Source: Eledone cirrhosa
Taxonomy: Eukaryota
Direction of reading: 5' to 3'
Length of the DNA stretch: 64,000 nt
NCBI GenBank assembly: GCA_964016885.1
Contig: OZ024749.1
Span: forward strand, 3,658,001-3,722,000
In this document: piece after piece, positions 1 through 15,263 of the stretch
How the letters are laid out: each line of letters starts with the position of its first letter
How positions within the stretch are numbered: the first letter of the stretch is position 1
Made by a program: the position numbers and the translations under genes
Notes under the pieces: generated by a model
What the model was told of the DNA's origin: nothing
The model's database searches: none
What the model saw: only the letters and a program-made list of their open reading frames with translations

Positions 1-231
1 AAGCAGAAGAACCGCGAAACCGGCAAAGGAACCAAATAAACATATATATTTTTAAAAAATAATATAAATAAAAAATAAATATAAATAAAAATAAAAATTA
101 ACTATAGCTTTGTAGAATTAGCTTTTAATGAATTCCCTTTTCTATCAACCAATGACCTGCACCCATCCCACTCCCCACCCTCTCCTACCACTTGTAGAGA
201 CCTATAAATACCATATTTATTTTTTGATACC

Positions 232-276
232 CAGATTCCTGATGATTTCTAATGAATGAAACAGTTCTAGTCCTGT
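232..276 (+). ncRNA. Minimal hammerhead-like motif in pLTR-like element
   Basis: CTGATGA(239-245)-t-ttc(taat)gaa-t-GAAAC-agt-TC. Stem I is weak. Identical copy at 62879-62923. Confidence 0.55.
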
Positions 277-305
277 AGAATCTCATCTATATTAAAACTA
301 TATAC

Positions 306-383
<78 letters not shown>

Positions 384-1451
384 CGAAAGAGAAAGGTATA
401 GTTAGATAGTCGAGGATTGTAGTGCGGAATCGAAACAGCAGTGCCGGGTTCGTTTGTCATGTGTGAATGTGTTAAATTTGTTTTTCAGCCCTGTACACAC
501 ATACTTCGACCAATCTCTGAAATATTTAACAGAAGACGGCAAGACAAAAATGAAACTAAATCGATATTAATAATAAATAGAAATGTAAACGAAACGTAGT
601 AAATATTGATAGATTCCATTTAATAGCGAGCGATATTGAAACATTATTGAATGAGTTATAAGCCATGCGCTCATCCGGATATCCAGCAAAAAGGTCGCCG
701 GAAAGAAACAAATGACATAAGAGAAAGCTTACAATAGATTGTATCGGAAGAGAAACGAAATACTTATCAGATATCAATTTGATATCTCCCATTATGTAAA
801 CAAGATAAAGTGCACACTTTGTTGATGAAGGAAGAGAATAGATTCTTAGACACACACATTCAAACACTTCGACATACACCTTAAGCCTAGACACACTCAA
901 AATAGAGAGATAAACACTTACAGATAATTAGGGAACACACAAACGTATAAAAACATATTCACACGTGTACATACACATTAAAACACACAGTCATACACAT
1001 TAACAAACAGAGGAAGAAAAGAATATAAAATACTCACAGACAATGGGAATGTATATTAGTTTTATTTATTATGTTTTACTTTTTAAGCACATTGTTGGAA
1101 AATAGGATGATAAAAATATAAATATTGAAAGAACTATCAATGAAAATGTCTACATTTTATTGACTACGTCAGCCAGGGGCTTCATGGAAAGAAACTATTA
1201 TATATATGCGGACTTTAGTTGAGAATTATGTCGCACCTTTTTCTGATTTCAAGTCTTTCAATTATTCAATCAACCCATCATAGGTGTCAGTAAATATAAT
1301 GTACCTCTTATTCACAGGTAGCACATATATTTGGTTATATAAATCCTCACATGTTCTGTCTCGTTGTGTTATGTTGGCAGTACATGCTAACTTCTATATA
1401 ATTGTTGCTTAATATTTGCTGTTATGCGGTCATTCTACTGTTATTGGATTA

Positions 1452-2048
1452 ACAGTATCGGTAGAGGGTCGGGTGCCATGTTTTGCAGCATAGATATGCC
1501 CCTTTATGGTCAGAGTTCAAATCCGGCAGAGGTTAAATTTGCCTTTCAATCCTTACGGGGTCGATAAAATAAAGTACCAGCAATGCACTGGGTAATTGCT
1601 GGCCTTGTGCCAACAGTAGAAACAGTTATTATTTCAGTTTTGAAGTGCAGTGGATTTGATGCGGCCCTTTATGATCTGAGTTCAAATCATCGAGGTTAAC
1701 TTGCCTTTCATCCTTACGGGGTCGATAAAATAGAGTACCAGTCACGCACTGGGGTCGTTTATTTGACTTCCCCTCCCATCAAATTGCTAGCATTTTGCCT
1801 GTATAAGAAACCATTATTTTAGGTGTGTAGGTGCAGTGGATTGTAAGTATCCGTAGGGCGTCGAGCAGTATGCTTAATGGCATATAGTTACGTCACTTTA
1901 TGTTCTGATTTCAAACCCTCGGAGGTTAGCTTTGCCATTTCTCCCTACGTCTTCGACAAAATATAGTACCAGTAGAGCACTTTTGTCGATTGAATATACT
2001 TTCCTCTCCTGCAGACTTGTTGGCCTGGTGCCAAGATCAGAACCCATT
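1452..2048 (+). mobile_element. Three head-to-tail copies of a tRNA-derived SINE with Nin/Deu-like central domain
   Basis: Degenerate A-box head (cagtatcggtagag), B-box gagttcaaatcc and core tttgcctttcatccttacggggtcgataaaataaagtaccag. Confidence 0.85.
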
Positions 2049-2730
2049 ATTTTTGTTTTGTTTATGTATTGTCTGTTGTAAATCCAATTCCTGCCATGAC
2101 CCTCAAGTCATTTCTGTGCACTCTATATTCCGGAAAAGATTACCGTAACAACTCTTTCTATATTTTGGAGACTATTTCTAGAATAATCAATCTATCAGGT
2201 AGATCTTTCGTCCTCCACTTGGATTAACATTTACTAGCTTTCCAGTCGGACATGTTGAATATTTATTTCAGATCAATGTTACCCACCTAGCTTGGACTTG
2301 GCGATTTCCCTGCATCTCTTTTACCGTGGAGGTGAAACAACGTGATCCCTCAGACATTTGAACAATGATTCTCGCTTCCCTCCTTGACATTTGGGCTTAT
2401 CACTTCCGATTGCCATTGCTTAGTTGCCTTTCTAGAGATACAGGTCACCTAGCACACACGAGTCAGCCAAAGAACACTTTCTCCATTTAATCTTTTACCA
2501 GCTCGTGGCGGATTTCATCTTCCTCGCCTGCCTTGCAACAGTCAAGCTGTTTAACCTCTCTTGAGGCCCCACTCCCTAGGAGATTAATCACCTCTCCCTC
2601 CCAGTGGCGCTGCGTGTACATCAGAAAAGGCTATAGTGATCGGTTTTAGGAGATCAATATATATATATAAATAATGTTTCATCATTTAAAAGCTCCCTCC
2701 GAGTATGATCGAAACATATTATATATTATA

Positions 2731-3031
2731 TGAGGTTAACGTTGCCTTTCATTCTTCCGGGGTCGATAGAATAAAGTACCAGTAATGCATCGGGTAAATG
2801 CTGGCCTTGTGCCAAAAGTAGAAACAATTTTATATTATATATTTCGCGGTGGATTGGCAGTATCGGTAGAGGGTCGGACGCCATGCTTTCCAGCATAGTT
2901 ACTTCCCTTTACGATCTGAGTTCAAATCCCACCGAGGTTAACTTTGCCTTTCATCCTTACGGGGTCGATAAAATAAAGTACCAGTAATACACTGGTCAAT
3001 TGCTGGCCTTGTGCCAAAAGTAGATACAATT
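2731..3031 (+). mobile_element. Partial plus full SINE copy
   Basis: Same consensus; the full copy starts gcggtggattggcagtatcggtagag at 2846. Confidence 0.88.
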
Positions 3032-3463
3032 ATATATTATATATATATAAATATATATATATATACACACACACACATACACACACACACGCATACGCAC
3101 ACACACACACACACACACATACACCCCCCCACACACACACACGTATATATATATGAGAGTATTGAAGTTTGCTTGAACCATCGTGGAATGTTAAAATAGT
3201 CGTTTTGGAAGCCTCAACAATCAGAGACGTAGAGAGATTAAAAGAACGTAGGAAAAGTGTAAAAAATAATAATACGAGATAGAGTTACCTAGAAAGTGAT
3301 TTGATAGTCCCTATATTTCGTATTTCGCATCCATCAACTGGGGGTTTTCCGAGGGGAAATAGTTATGTCTGAGAAGGGCTGCACGTGGCCTTCGCTGTTT
3401 ACCGTGTACGCACATGGTAAATCACTTCCAAGCTAACTCTATCTCGTGTTATTATTTCTTCTT

Positions 3464-3880
3464 GTGGATTGGCAGTATCGGTAGAGAGTCGGACGCCATG
3501 CTTTCCAGCATAGTTACGTCCCTTTACGATCTGAGTTCAAATCACGCCGAGGTTGACTTTGCCTTTCATCCTTACGGGGTCGATAAAATAAAGTACCAGT
3601 AATGCACTGGTAATTGCTGGCCTTGTGTCTAAAGTAGAAACAATTATTTCTTTAACTTTTAAGGGTGGTATATTGGCAGTATCGGTAGAGCGTCGGCCGC
3701 CATGCTTTGCAGCATAGATTTACTGCCCTTTATGCTCTGAGTTCAAATCCCGCCCAAGTTAACTTTTCTTTCATCCTTACCGGGACGATACAATATAGTA
3801 CCAGTTACGCATTGCGGTCGATCTAATAGACTTTTCCCTCCCCCAAAATTGCTGGACTTGTGACTATATAAGAAACCATA
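3464..3880 (+). mobile_element. Two tandem SINE copies
   Basis: Same consensus at 3464-3648 and 3663-3880. Confidence 0.88.
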
Positions 3881-4014
3881 TAAGAAACCAAGGCAATGAA
3901 AAAACCAATCAGGTATTGACAAACAGACCTGGACCATCCCGATCGATATTAAGCAATAACTCCGATAGGTTTCAGAGAGAGAGAGAGAGAGGGGGGAGAG
4001 AGATAGAGAAATAG

Positions 4015-4045
<31 letters not shown>

Positions 4046-4948
4046 TAGAGATAGAGAGAGAGAGAGAGAGAGATCGACGTTAATATTTAGGTAAAAAGTG
4101 TTCCCATTTTGCTGTATTTTTTATGGTAAGAGTGAAAAGAGGTTTACTTTAAATCGGAGCATAACAGATATCAGAAAGTAATACCTCCGCTCTATATATA
4201 GAGCGAAATATTAAGTTAGGGTCCATGTATTAAGTGAAATTCTTGTAACATTTGTATATGTAAGATAACAAAACCTCGACTCAACGAAATAGGTATAGGC
4301 CCGTCGAATAATTTAAAGTACACACTACCGACATTAGAAAGAAATATCACATTGGATAGTATGATTCTAATTATCCAAATTGAGGATTATGTTGGTCCAC
4401 TGCTGAAAAGCATTCAATTACAAACCTCTTCAATCAACACTAACCTTGGTCTAATCAACAACATCAATCTTGACTCAAGCGATTACCGTCTAACACTTCT
4501 AGTATTAAAGGATAGCTTTAGAGGTCTGATCATTCATTAATTAAATGTGGCCTATTGTATAAGAGCTGTGAACAGAGATAATTATATGCTTTCATCATGT
4601 TCTTGATCATTGTTTAATTGCCTCTGGCAAGAAGATATTTTTTTAACATTCTAGGCATGCGATGTATTTATCTTTTAATTACATGTCTCCTTTAGGCTGA
4701 GATGACTTGCTACATTTAATAATCTGCAGTGTGTATGTGTGTCTATGTGTGTATGTGTGTGCTTCTGTATTATTGCTGTTACGATTAGCATACGATTTTT
4801 TTTAATTTTTTTTATTTACATTACATAGTTTTCGTATTACCTTATGATTTGTATGGATTAAAAAATTCCCGATTTCCTTCGATATTTCAACTTCATCCCC
4901 GACATAAGTCCTCGATTAAATTATATAAATGTCCGTCATAATAATTGC

Positions 4949-4998
<50 letters not shown>

Positions 4999-5122
4999 TA
5001 CCTCTCTCTCCCTCTCTCTCTCTCCCTCTCTCTCTCTATCTATCTATCTCTCTCTATCTCTCTCTCAGGTGCCATTTACAATTCATTTGAACGTTACTGA
5101 GTTTGTGGCTGTGTGTTTGTCA

Positions 5123-5208
<86 letters not shown>

Positions 5209-5363
5209 ATGTGTGTGCGTGTGTGTATTTTTCCTACATTGGCACGTGACTTTACATTTCCCAGACCGGTGACGTCGAGTTCTGTTGACAGAACGAAGGT
5301 GTAATGTTTGCTAATATTAAGTAATTTGAAGTAACGATGTATACTCGGTGATGTTAGAGATTA

Positions 5364-5435
<72 letters not shown>

Positions 5436-5691
5436 AGAGGGAGAGTGAAAAAGAGAAAATGGCCAACAAAAAGAAGAAGTGAGAGAGAATGAAAGCGTAG
5501 GACAGAGTGAAGAGTTGAGTTTTAGATATGTAGCCAAAGAAAAATAAATAGAATGTTGCGTTGTATTTTGTTTACTATTATACTTCAGTAACTCAACTTC
5601 AAAATGATGATGATTTTGTTGTTGATGATAATGATGATGATAGTGATGGCATCAGCAGCTGTGAAGACGACAACAGGGGTGATTATAATAT

Positions 5692-5795
5692 AATTGTTTC
5701 TACTTTAGGCAAAAGACCAGCAATTAACCACTGCATTGCTGGTACTTTATTTTATCGACCCCGTAAGGATGAAAGGCAAAGTCAACCTCGGCGGT
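5692..5795 (-). mobile_element. SINE 3' half
   Basis: ctggtactttattttatcgaccccgtaaggatgaaaggcaaag is the reverse complement of the core. Confidence 0.85.
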
Positions 5796-6720
5796 GATTA
5801 TAATATAATAATTATAGCGAGGCCTTTCGAGATATATAGCTCCGAGATGGTACCGTATCGTCTGCACCTCGGTATGTACTCGTTGTCCTGTCAGAAGGAT
5901 TTCACTGTAGCCTTTACTTCGACAGATGGGGTTCTCGCCGTTTTCCGGGTCTGCGCCGAAAGCATCTGAACATAATGGTCCTTCTTTATTACGCTTCTAT
6001 TACCTCTTCAGTGACTATGAACTTTCTCTCTTTCTCACGAAGTTTCATGTTAAAGCATGCCGTTTATTCCTGCCTCTGCAGCAGCGAAACAGTTGTTGTT
6101 GTTTTTCATGTTATGTTGATGATGGTGTTGTCGTTGCTGTTTAAATTTTTCTTTATGCTGTTCCCTTTGTGTTATATTTTTTTGTCGCTGCTGTTGCAGT
6201 CGGTGTTGTTGTCGTTGTTGCAGTTGATGCTGGTTTTATTATTTTTAATTTCGTTGTTGTTCTTGGAGCTGTTGAAGTTGTTGTTGTCATTGTTTTCTTC
6301 ATGTGTATATATGTTGGTGTCGTCGTTCATGTAGTTGGTTGTGTCGTTCCTAATTTCGTTGTTGGTCATGTTATTGTTGCAAGTTTGTTATAATTTATTT
6401 ATTGTCCATAAGGGTGCTTGTGGTTGGTGCAATATGCCACCTCTCAACGTTTAAGTGGCTGTCTCGAGACGACAGACACGATGTCGGGGGCCGTGTCTCG
6501 TCCGTGTTTATTATTTCAAGAAACAAATCATAAATTTCAAACATTTGGGACCAAAGACCCATAGAGTACGGAGTCCCCTTTACACGGGCCAAGTGGGCGT
6601 CTTAAGATTCATTTGGTACAAAGATAAAACAACTAATACAATGGAAGAAAAACTTGAAAGTTAACTAACTTACAGAGCTAAAACCAAGACACGACTTCAC
6701 TGTCTGACAAACAATACTAA

Positions 6721-7007
6721 TAATTGTTTCTACTTTAGGCACAAGGCCTGCAATTATCCAGTGCATTACTGGTACTAAAACTACTACTAATAATAATAAT
6801 GTCTACTATAGGCACAAGGTTAGCAATTTGGAGAGAAGAGAACTTGATTAAATCGATCCCAGCACTAACTGTTGCTATACTTTATCGACTCCGTAGGGAT
6901 GAAATGTAAAGTTAAAAACGGTGGGATTTGGAATCATACCGTAAGGGGCCGCAACTCTATGTGGCGAAGCATAATCTCGGACGCTCTATGGATACTGCCA
7001 ATCCACA
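6721..7007 (-). mobile_element. SINE copy plus extra 3' fragment
   Basis: Reverse-complement core, with the head ending ...gatactgccaatccac. Confidence 0.8.
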
Positions 7008-7427
7008 AGATAATATGATAAAGATAATAATAAGAATGATGGTGTCTGCTGCAGCCGAGTGTATCGGACCATTAACGGGATTAAAATTATGAGATTATCT
7101 TGGAGTACATCGATATTGAAATCAATCAGTATCCAGTTATGAAGGCAGAACACACGTCATAGACTGTCTCTGGTAAAATTAATTCGGTTGTTGTTGTTGT
7201 TGTTGTTTGTGGTGTTTCTATTCTGGTATTGAGATATTCTGGGTAATGTCCCTGTTTACATAATAATTTATAAGACAAGATACCACAATTATAGATGTAT
7301 ATGTGTATGTGTGTCTATACGTATGTATATACATATATATATATAGAAACATACCCAAATATACGTTAATACATGTACATAAATGTCGGCTATTTATGTA
7401 TATTGCTACATAAATGATATGTATAAT

Positions 7428-7460
<33 letters not shown>

Positions 7461-7467
7461 ATGCATG

Positions 7468-7603
<136 letters not shown>

Positions 7604-7647
7604 TATACATATATATATATACATATATATATATATCTCTCTCTATC

Positions 7648-7828
7648 TAAGGCGGATAAAATTCCCGAGATCCATGAACGAGTTCTCTCCAGCGGTCTCT
7701 GTCCCTCATTATCGCTGCCATGTCCTGCATCTCCAACAGACCAGTGTCTGCCCTTAGGGCATCAACATACGTTAACCTTGGTCTTCCTCTTCTAGTGTGT
7801 CCATGTAGGGGCTCCCAAAGGAGCTTCA
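7648..7828 (-). pseudogene. RTE-like LINE 3' end
   Basis: [28 protein letters not shown]...[11 protein letters not shown] is a typical non-LTR ORF2 C-terminus and runs into (TA)n. Close copy at 54165-54428. Confidence 0.85.
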
Positions 7829-8229
<401 letters not shown>

Positions 8230-8330
8230 GAAAAGATGGCGTGCTACGTGGTTGCAAATGGGTTACATATGAATAAAATTAGTCCTTCATCAGTGATCTT
8301 CCACCATTCATTGGTATTTCATCGCTCATT

Positions 8331-8394
<64 letters not shown>

Positions 8395-8913
8395 CATTTT
8401 CCTAGATACGTACAACACCACACACATTTGTCTATATATTGTCTCCTCAACGACTCGTCTCTAAGACATTACACGAAACATTAAGTGGAATTTATTGTTG
8501 AACGCCTATTTTATGTCGATTATTATGAAAAAACACTCTTTCGTTGCCCCTCCGTATCTTCTCATTCTATCCTATTTTAAAACATGTAAATATGATTGTC
8601 ATCTTACTTATTCATGTATTTTGCACCATAATATTCTAATGGAGATATTAAACTACAAACATTTATTGTTACAAATATTCTATTCTTTTCTCTCACTCTA
8701 GTCTGGTGGTCATAATTTTTTATTGATTTCATAATTCCATTGTCTTGTGATTTTCTATTCAGTTTATAGACGGCACAATTGAGCAAAATATCTATGTTCC
8801 TCTTCCACTATTTATCTATATATCTTTCTATTTGTATATATAACTATTCATCTATTAATCTAACTATCTGTTTATCTAAATATCTACATCTCTCTCCCCG
8901 CCCCCCACACACA

Positions 8914-8955
<42 letters not shown>

Positions 8956-9649
8956 TAGGAGGATGTCCACGAATCTTTGTCTGTATAACAGTCTCTCCCG
9001 CTGTCTTAACTCTATATACAATATTGTTCATCGTGCATCGCTTAACTCCCCTGATTTTTGGCCTTCTTGGTTTCTCTCCCACACACACTCTCTCTCTCCC
9101 TCTCTCTGTGTGTGTATGCGTGTACATATATCTGTTTCTGATTTGACAGGGATCAAACACCTTTACTTCGGACCAAATTGTAATCACGGAATATTGGGGT
9201 AAAGGGAACAGTCCTTGCCTGAATGCATGGTCGAGTTACCAGCTATTGATGGTAGATATGGCAACAGTATATATTTACCTTGGGAGGTAAATAGCACCGG
9301 AACAAGTATTGCAAAAAGCTCGTCCTAATCTTTAAATGTTCCGGCATCCAGTGATGTGCAACGATATTGTATGTCCTTGACCCCCGTTTTCTACTATAAT
9401 TGGACTATAAACCAACGACTTTTCCAATACAACTGCAATTCCATTGTGTGGGGACACTTAGTAGCGAAATGCACTAAAATTTTACAGCACCATCATGATA
9501 ATTACAACACATTAATTCTCTTTGGGCATGTAGATCCTTAAATATCCATTCTACACAAATCTCTTTCCAATATGTATCATGACTTAGCCATTGTTAGGCA
9601 TTTTTCTTATTCTAATTGGTGATAGAACTGAGATGTATTATAATACTGT

Positions 9650-9836
9650 TGATTGGCAATATCGGTAGAGGGTTTGGACGCCATGCTTTGATGCATAGAG
9701 TTATCTCCCTGTATGATCTGAGTTCTAATAACGCCGAGGTTAACTTTGCCTTTCATCCTTACGGGGTCGATCAAATAAAGTACCAGTAATGCACTGGGGT
9801 AATTTCTGTTCTTGTGCCAAAAGTAGAAACAATTAT
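9650..9836 (+). mobile_element. SINE copy
   Basis: Full consensus match. Confidence 0.88.
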
Positions 9837-11194
9837 AATATTGTTGAAGAAATGTGTCACACGTGACTAATTGAAAATAACATATGCAAACAAAAATTAG
9901 CTTAGATTTGTTGACATTAACATTGTTCAATGAAATTCCTAATGTGCTATAAAAGTTGAGGTGTCATAAAGGAGAATTGAGCTGCGTATAAACTTCAAGT
10001 TGACATCCATACAACACAGCTCAAGTGTATTAATTAAGGAATATTTTCTGTGTTGGTAAAATTTCAATACAGTTTAAGTTATAGGGAATTCTTTAACGTT
10101 ATACGGCTATCCGTTTTAATGAGTTTAGTTTGGAATATGATGTTTATGGACATCAACGGAAAATATAAAACTCGAATATAGAAAATAATATGTAATTGTC
10201 AGCGTAGCAGTACGAAATATATATTGCTTTGACAGAATCATACAATACTACATCGTTTTTTTTGTGTTATGCTTTGCTGGAACATAAAGTCGGAAAGTAA
10301 AGGCTGACATTTCTATATCAGAAGATGTATTTTTCTGGATATATCATACATAGAGAATAGAGAAGAACAAAGATCTTCCAAGATAATACTGTTTATTAAG
10401 GCATTAACTTGAAATAAACATAACTTTGGCTTTGACTACTAATACGAGGTTCACATATGAATAAGTCTAAAGTTTACAATCTGTCTCGAGCCCGGAGGCT
10501 GATGAAACCTGTGTTTATCCCGGTATTTGTGGCATTATGTGGCTGAGAGTACGATACTCATACCTGGACAGCACGCTAGTCCATCGCAGGGTTAAATTCC
10601 CAGCTATTGCTGGTACTCCATATGAATAAAAGGGTATGAAAATATTCTGCCGGTGAATGGATATAACCTCGCAACAAAATGGCCATTGTACCTTTATTCT
10701 AATATACTGCAAACGTGACATTGCTATATATTCCTTTGCGTTCAGCAGCCATTACAGCATTATAAAATACGCAATTATTTAAGACATAAAGCTATATGAG
10801 GAAAAGTTGACTGCTATCTCTAGCATGTCATGCGCCTTCATATTTACTGCGTTGTTGGGTCGTAAATATCCTGGTGTTTTGCTACATAGCTAATACGGCA
10901 TTCAGCAGTTGAAAATCCTTTGTTAGTGGCTGTGTTCTATCAAAGAAAATTTGTTTTTATTGTCATTCGTTAACAGCTAGAGTCATAATGTTCAACATTG
11001 CTGAATAAAGACGTAAAATTCTTTATTTCTTATCAGTGTCAAATGTTAACTCGTAATCTCGCTTAATATCCGTTAACAGGTTTCACAGGTTACAGGAAAA
11101 AAATGCCAGAAAGGCGACTGTAATCTTGAGTTCGGGGTTTTACACATACACACACACACACAAACTCAACACAATATATAATGACATAACCAAT

Positions 11195-11253
11195 CATTGG
11201 TACACATTCACACACACACACACATACAATACTCACACACGCACGCGCGCACG

Positions 11254-11284
<31 letters not shown>

Positions 11285-11460
11285 TTATACATACACCCAT
11301 ATATATGTGTGTGTGTGTATGTCTACATTGGTACACATTCACACACACACAGACATACGATACACACACACGCACGCGCGCGCACACACACACACACATA
11401 TATATACATATATATATATTTATACATACACCCATATATATGTGTTTGTGTGTATGTCTA
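11195..11460 (+). repeat. Tandem duplication of ~131 bp
   Basis: cattggtacacattcacacacacac at 11195 and 11326. Confidence 0.85.
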
Positions 11461-12239
11461 TCTGTGTTTGTGTGTGTGTCTGTGTGTGTGAGTGTGTGTG
11501 TATGTGTGGGTGTGTGTCTGTATGTGTTTGTGTGTGAGTGTGTTTGTGAGTGTGTATAGAAATAGACGGGGGCGGAGAGATTGTTTGCCAAATTTGATGA
11601 AATAACTATTATTCCCCAGAAATTGCTGTGGACTCTACTGTAACCTCTGAATTTTAACTCTTGACGTAATACACGGCGTGAATGCAAATTATCAAGACAT
11701 CCTTAAGTTGTATGAAACATCACTGAGGACTGCAGTACTTAAAATATTAAACTATTTACTTTAATTTAGTGCAATTGTTCGCTGTAATTTCTTCAATATG
11801 AAAAATAGTTCGAACATTGGATTTAAGAAAACAGTTATTTGCTTCTAAATCATTAAATGATGTTAAGAGTTAAGCACTTCTAGTAACTATGGTGCTGGTT
11901 CCGACAGTTATGGATGACACAATGAACTGTTCCACCAATTCAGTGACGTTTCAAATGACGGCTTGTGTTTTCTAGTTGACTGTTGATATATTGATACACG
12001 AGTGGAGACATGGACATCGGTCATCAACATATATTCAGAATTCTTTGGTAGCCTAGATATATACTGGTGTGGCCGCAGATAGAGGTACGTTGACGTGTGT
12101 GGCCAAATGGTAATATGTTGGATTTATAACGTTGTGGGTTCGATTCCAGAATAACATAACTCATTATTTAGGCTTAATAAAATGAATATTTAAACTCTAC
12201 CATATTGAGCACTCTTTTGTCAGCCGGTAATTTATATGT

Positions 12240-12272
<33 letters not shown>

Positions 12273-12698
12273 TGTACCTTCTTTCACAAAGTTTTCGTTC
12301 ATCCCATCCACATCAGCTTTTGATTAATCAGAACCCATTTTAGGGAGCGCTTGCTTGATGTGCCTTGTAGTTGAAAAGACCCAGAAAGCAAATATTTGTG
12401 TAGCGAATACTTTAACCACGCACGTACATATGCGCCAATATATTTTTTAGTGTAAGTATTGGTTGATGATTATTTTTACAATTCTTATATGATTTTGTTT
12501 GTGGCTATTATGCGCAATAAGGTGGTAACATGGCTGTTAAAGAATCCTCGTGTGATGCATATTTATTGAGAGTTGAAATCAGTCATCACGGGTTGACCAG
12601 AAAAAAAAAACACGTTATTTCTTCTCAATCGGTTAAAATGAACAGACGAGCACACACACACACACACACACACACACCCACATATACATATATATACG

Positions 12699-12731
<33 letters not shown>

Positions 12732-12830
12732 TTACACACACAGATATATATATACATATTTATATACGTACATATATATATATATGTTATCTGTGTGTGT
12801 GTGTGTGTATGCGTATGCACATACACCCAG

Positions 12831-12868
<38 letters not shown>

Positions 12869-13734
12869 GCACACATAGATAGATAGATATTGACACACAT
12901 ATGTATAATTTAACAGTGATAAATGAATACAGTTTCTGGTGACAGGCAGAGAGAGAGAGAGAAAAGTAAACGCTGACACATATGTCAATATATTGTTTTC
13001 TTTTGTTATTTTTCCTCTTCAGACTGAAGTATCTTACGTTTAATCTTTTTTGACACAAACCTGTCATGGTGCAATTGTCTGATTCCTGCTTATCGATTCG
13101 CTCTCTATTTAAGGATTAGTAATCGATACATTCCTCAACCATCGATTATTGACCATTCTGAGATACTTTATGAAATACATTTATGAATTTCTATACCATC
13201 ACTGCTAATATCAATACACAGTCTAGGAGAAATTGGTCATGGCGTTTTAAATACGGTATACGATAATAAACTGGTACATTATATCGCCTTGCATCGGAAT
13301 AATAATTCAGCTATTACAATACTCGTTTGATAGGAGCAAAGGGACATCAATGCAGACACTTGATATGTTAGAAATCGCAGTCAGGAGAGGATGAACAGGA
13401 ATATTACATCAACACACCCATAATATCATACTATGACTCCATTTCGGTTTTGACTGTTAGTCTTTAAGAAAAGGGTTAGTCCCTGGGCCGCTGGAAAGAA
13501 TCCCGGCGTGCTAGGCGTTGCGGAGGTAACGTCTTGTGTTCTTAACCCGGTTGCTTATCATGTTGCAGCGTCACATCTGTTCATTAAGCTCTACCCACTG
13601 GAAGTGAAGGACCACATTGGTCAGGCTGCCAGTTCGTCACATGTCTAAACACCAGCTGCAGTTTCTGTGGCTGGAACTAATATTCAACCAGGCAAGGGGA
13701 AATGAAGCGTAACCAATGAAGGTATTCCAGCAAT

Positions 13735-14015
13735 CAGTAGTGAGAAGAAGGAACGTACGCGTAAAAGCCTGACTTGCTGTCTTCAATTCGGTTTCCCTGT
13801 CAACTCTTACTAATGGTCATGGATCTTGGGTAATGACCGAAAGAATACAATCGAGAATACAAGTGGCCGATATCTGATTCTTCTGAATGGTCTTTTGAAT
13901 AACGTTACTCGTTAAATTTCGTAGCACAGACATCAGCGAGTCACTCGAGGTAGAGCCACTACTTCTCCGAATTGAGAGATCCCATCTCTGATACTATAGT
14001 CATGTGGTTAGTCTG
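13735..14015 (+). pseudogene. Old RTE (Expander-like) LINE ORF2 C-terminal relic
   Basis: Manual translation gives ...STLTNGHGSWVMTERIQSRIQVADI*FF...RSTDISESLEVEPLLLRIERSHL*YYSHVV, resembling the RTE pattern YGHE.WVMTER.RSRIQAAEM...VEPLLLRIERSQLRW.GH. Confidence 0.75.
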
Positions 14016-14769
14016 ACAGGACCCGCGGGAAAGGAGTGTTTGAGGACTCTTCTCCCACGGCATTCTCAGGAATAATCGGTCGAAAAAGAAGGTGTAGAAG
14101 GAGCATTCACAATGAAGGAATATTGGCCAGCGCTAATGCGATTTTTGTTATGCATTTATAGATTTCGTTTCTCGAAACAAATAGAAATATAACGAATCAG
14201 TTTTGAATTACAACTATCAACTAGATGTTAGAAACCTGGTGGCTTAAACGACAAGTATTCTAATTGATTGGTCTACAGAACAGCTTGCTCATTAAATTAA
14301 CAGGCAACCGTTTGAGCAATCCACTAATATGTACACATTTAACGAAAGTCTAAGAGAGAATGAGTATCACATACTGTTTAATGTCTGGTCATTTTACTTA
14401 CCGGTAAATTGGTCTGGAGTAAGATGAAATAAAGCGTTGTGCTTTAGAACATATAGTTCTGACGTTAATCGATTGTTAGTTGAACAACTTAACACATTAA
14501 ATCTCCAATATCATCTATATAATTTCAAAGATGTTCACAAATGCCCCTCATTATTCTTTGAACATACAGTATTGAAACTAAAATTATTGCGCACATCTAT
14601 TCAATTTCCTACCTTACTTTACTTGTTCAACTTTAATTATGGAATGTATGTAGTGAAATGCAATATATTATTAAAATGATATGAATTACACCGCAATTCT
14701 TTCATTTTTCAAATCACTGTAGAATAAAATATTATATAATACATATATATGTGTTTCTGCATGCATATA

Positions 14770-14887
14770 TATGAATATAATTATAATCTTGAACATGCAT
14801 ATATATCTAAATATCTCTATATATATCTATATCTATATATCTATATATATCTATATATATCTATATATATATCCATATTTCTTATCC

Positions 14888-14918
<31 letters not shown>

Positions 14919-15009
14919 TATAATTATAAACTTGAACATGCATACATATCTAAATATCTACATCTATATCTATATATCTATATATATCTATATATATCTA
15001 TATATATAT

Positions 15010-15063
<54 letters not shown>

Positions 15064-15168
15064 ATATAATTATAAACTTGAACATGCATACATATCTAAA
15101 TATCTATACCTATATCTATATATCTATATATATCTATATATATCTATATATATATCCATATATCTTAT

Positions 15169-15175
<7 letters not shown>
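14770..15175 (+). repeat. Three tandem copies of a ~140-150-bp TA-rich unit
   Basis: aatataattataa(a/t)cttgaacatgcata occurs at 14774, 14917 and 15063. Confidence 0.85.

Positions 15176-15263
<88 letters not shown>

Noticed and set aside
2846-2935. tRNA gene
   Set aside because: A/B boxes are present but there is no cloverleaf; it is the head of a multi-copy SINE.
5975-6393. Hydrophobic Leu/Val-rich membrane-protein-like ORFs
   Set aside because: Degenerate (GTT)n low-complexity sequence; the same applies to 15567-15870.
10495-10625. Fragments of other old SINE families (also ~12300-12420, 36320-36740, 40012-40051, 49850-49945)
   Set aside because: Resemblance only; boundaries and family cannot be fixed by eye.
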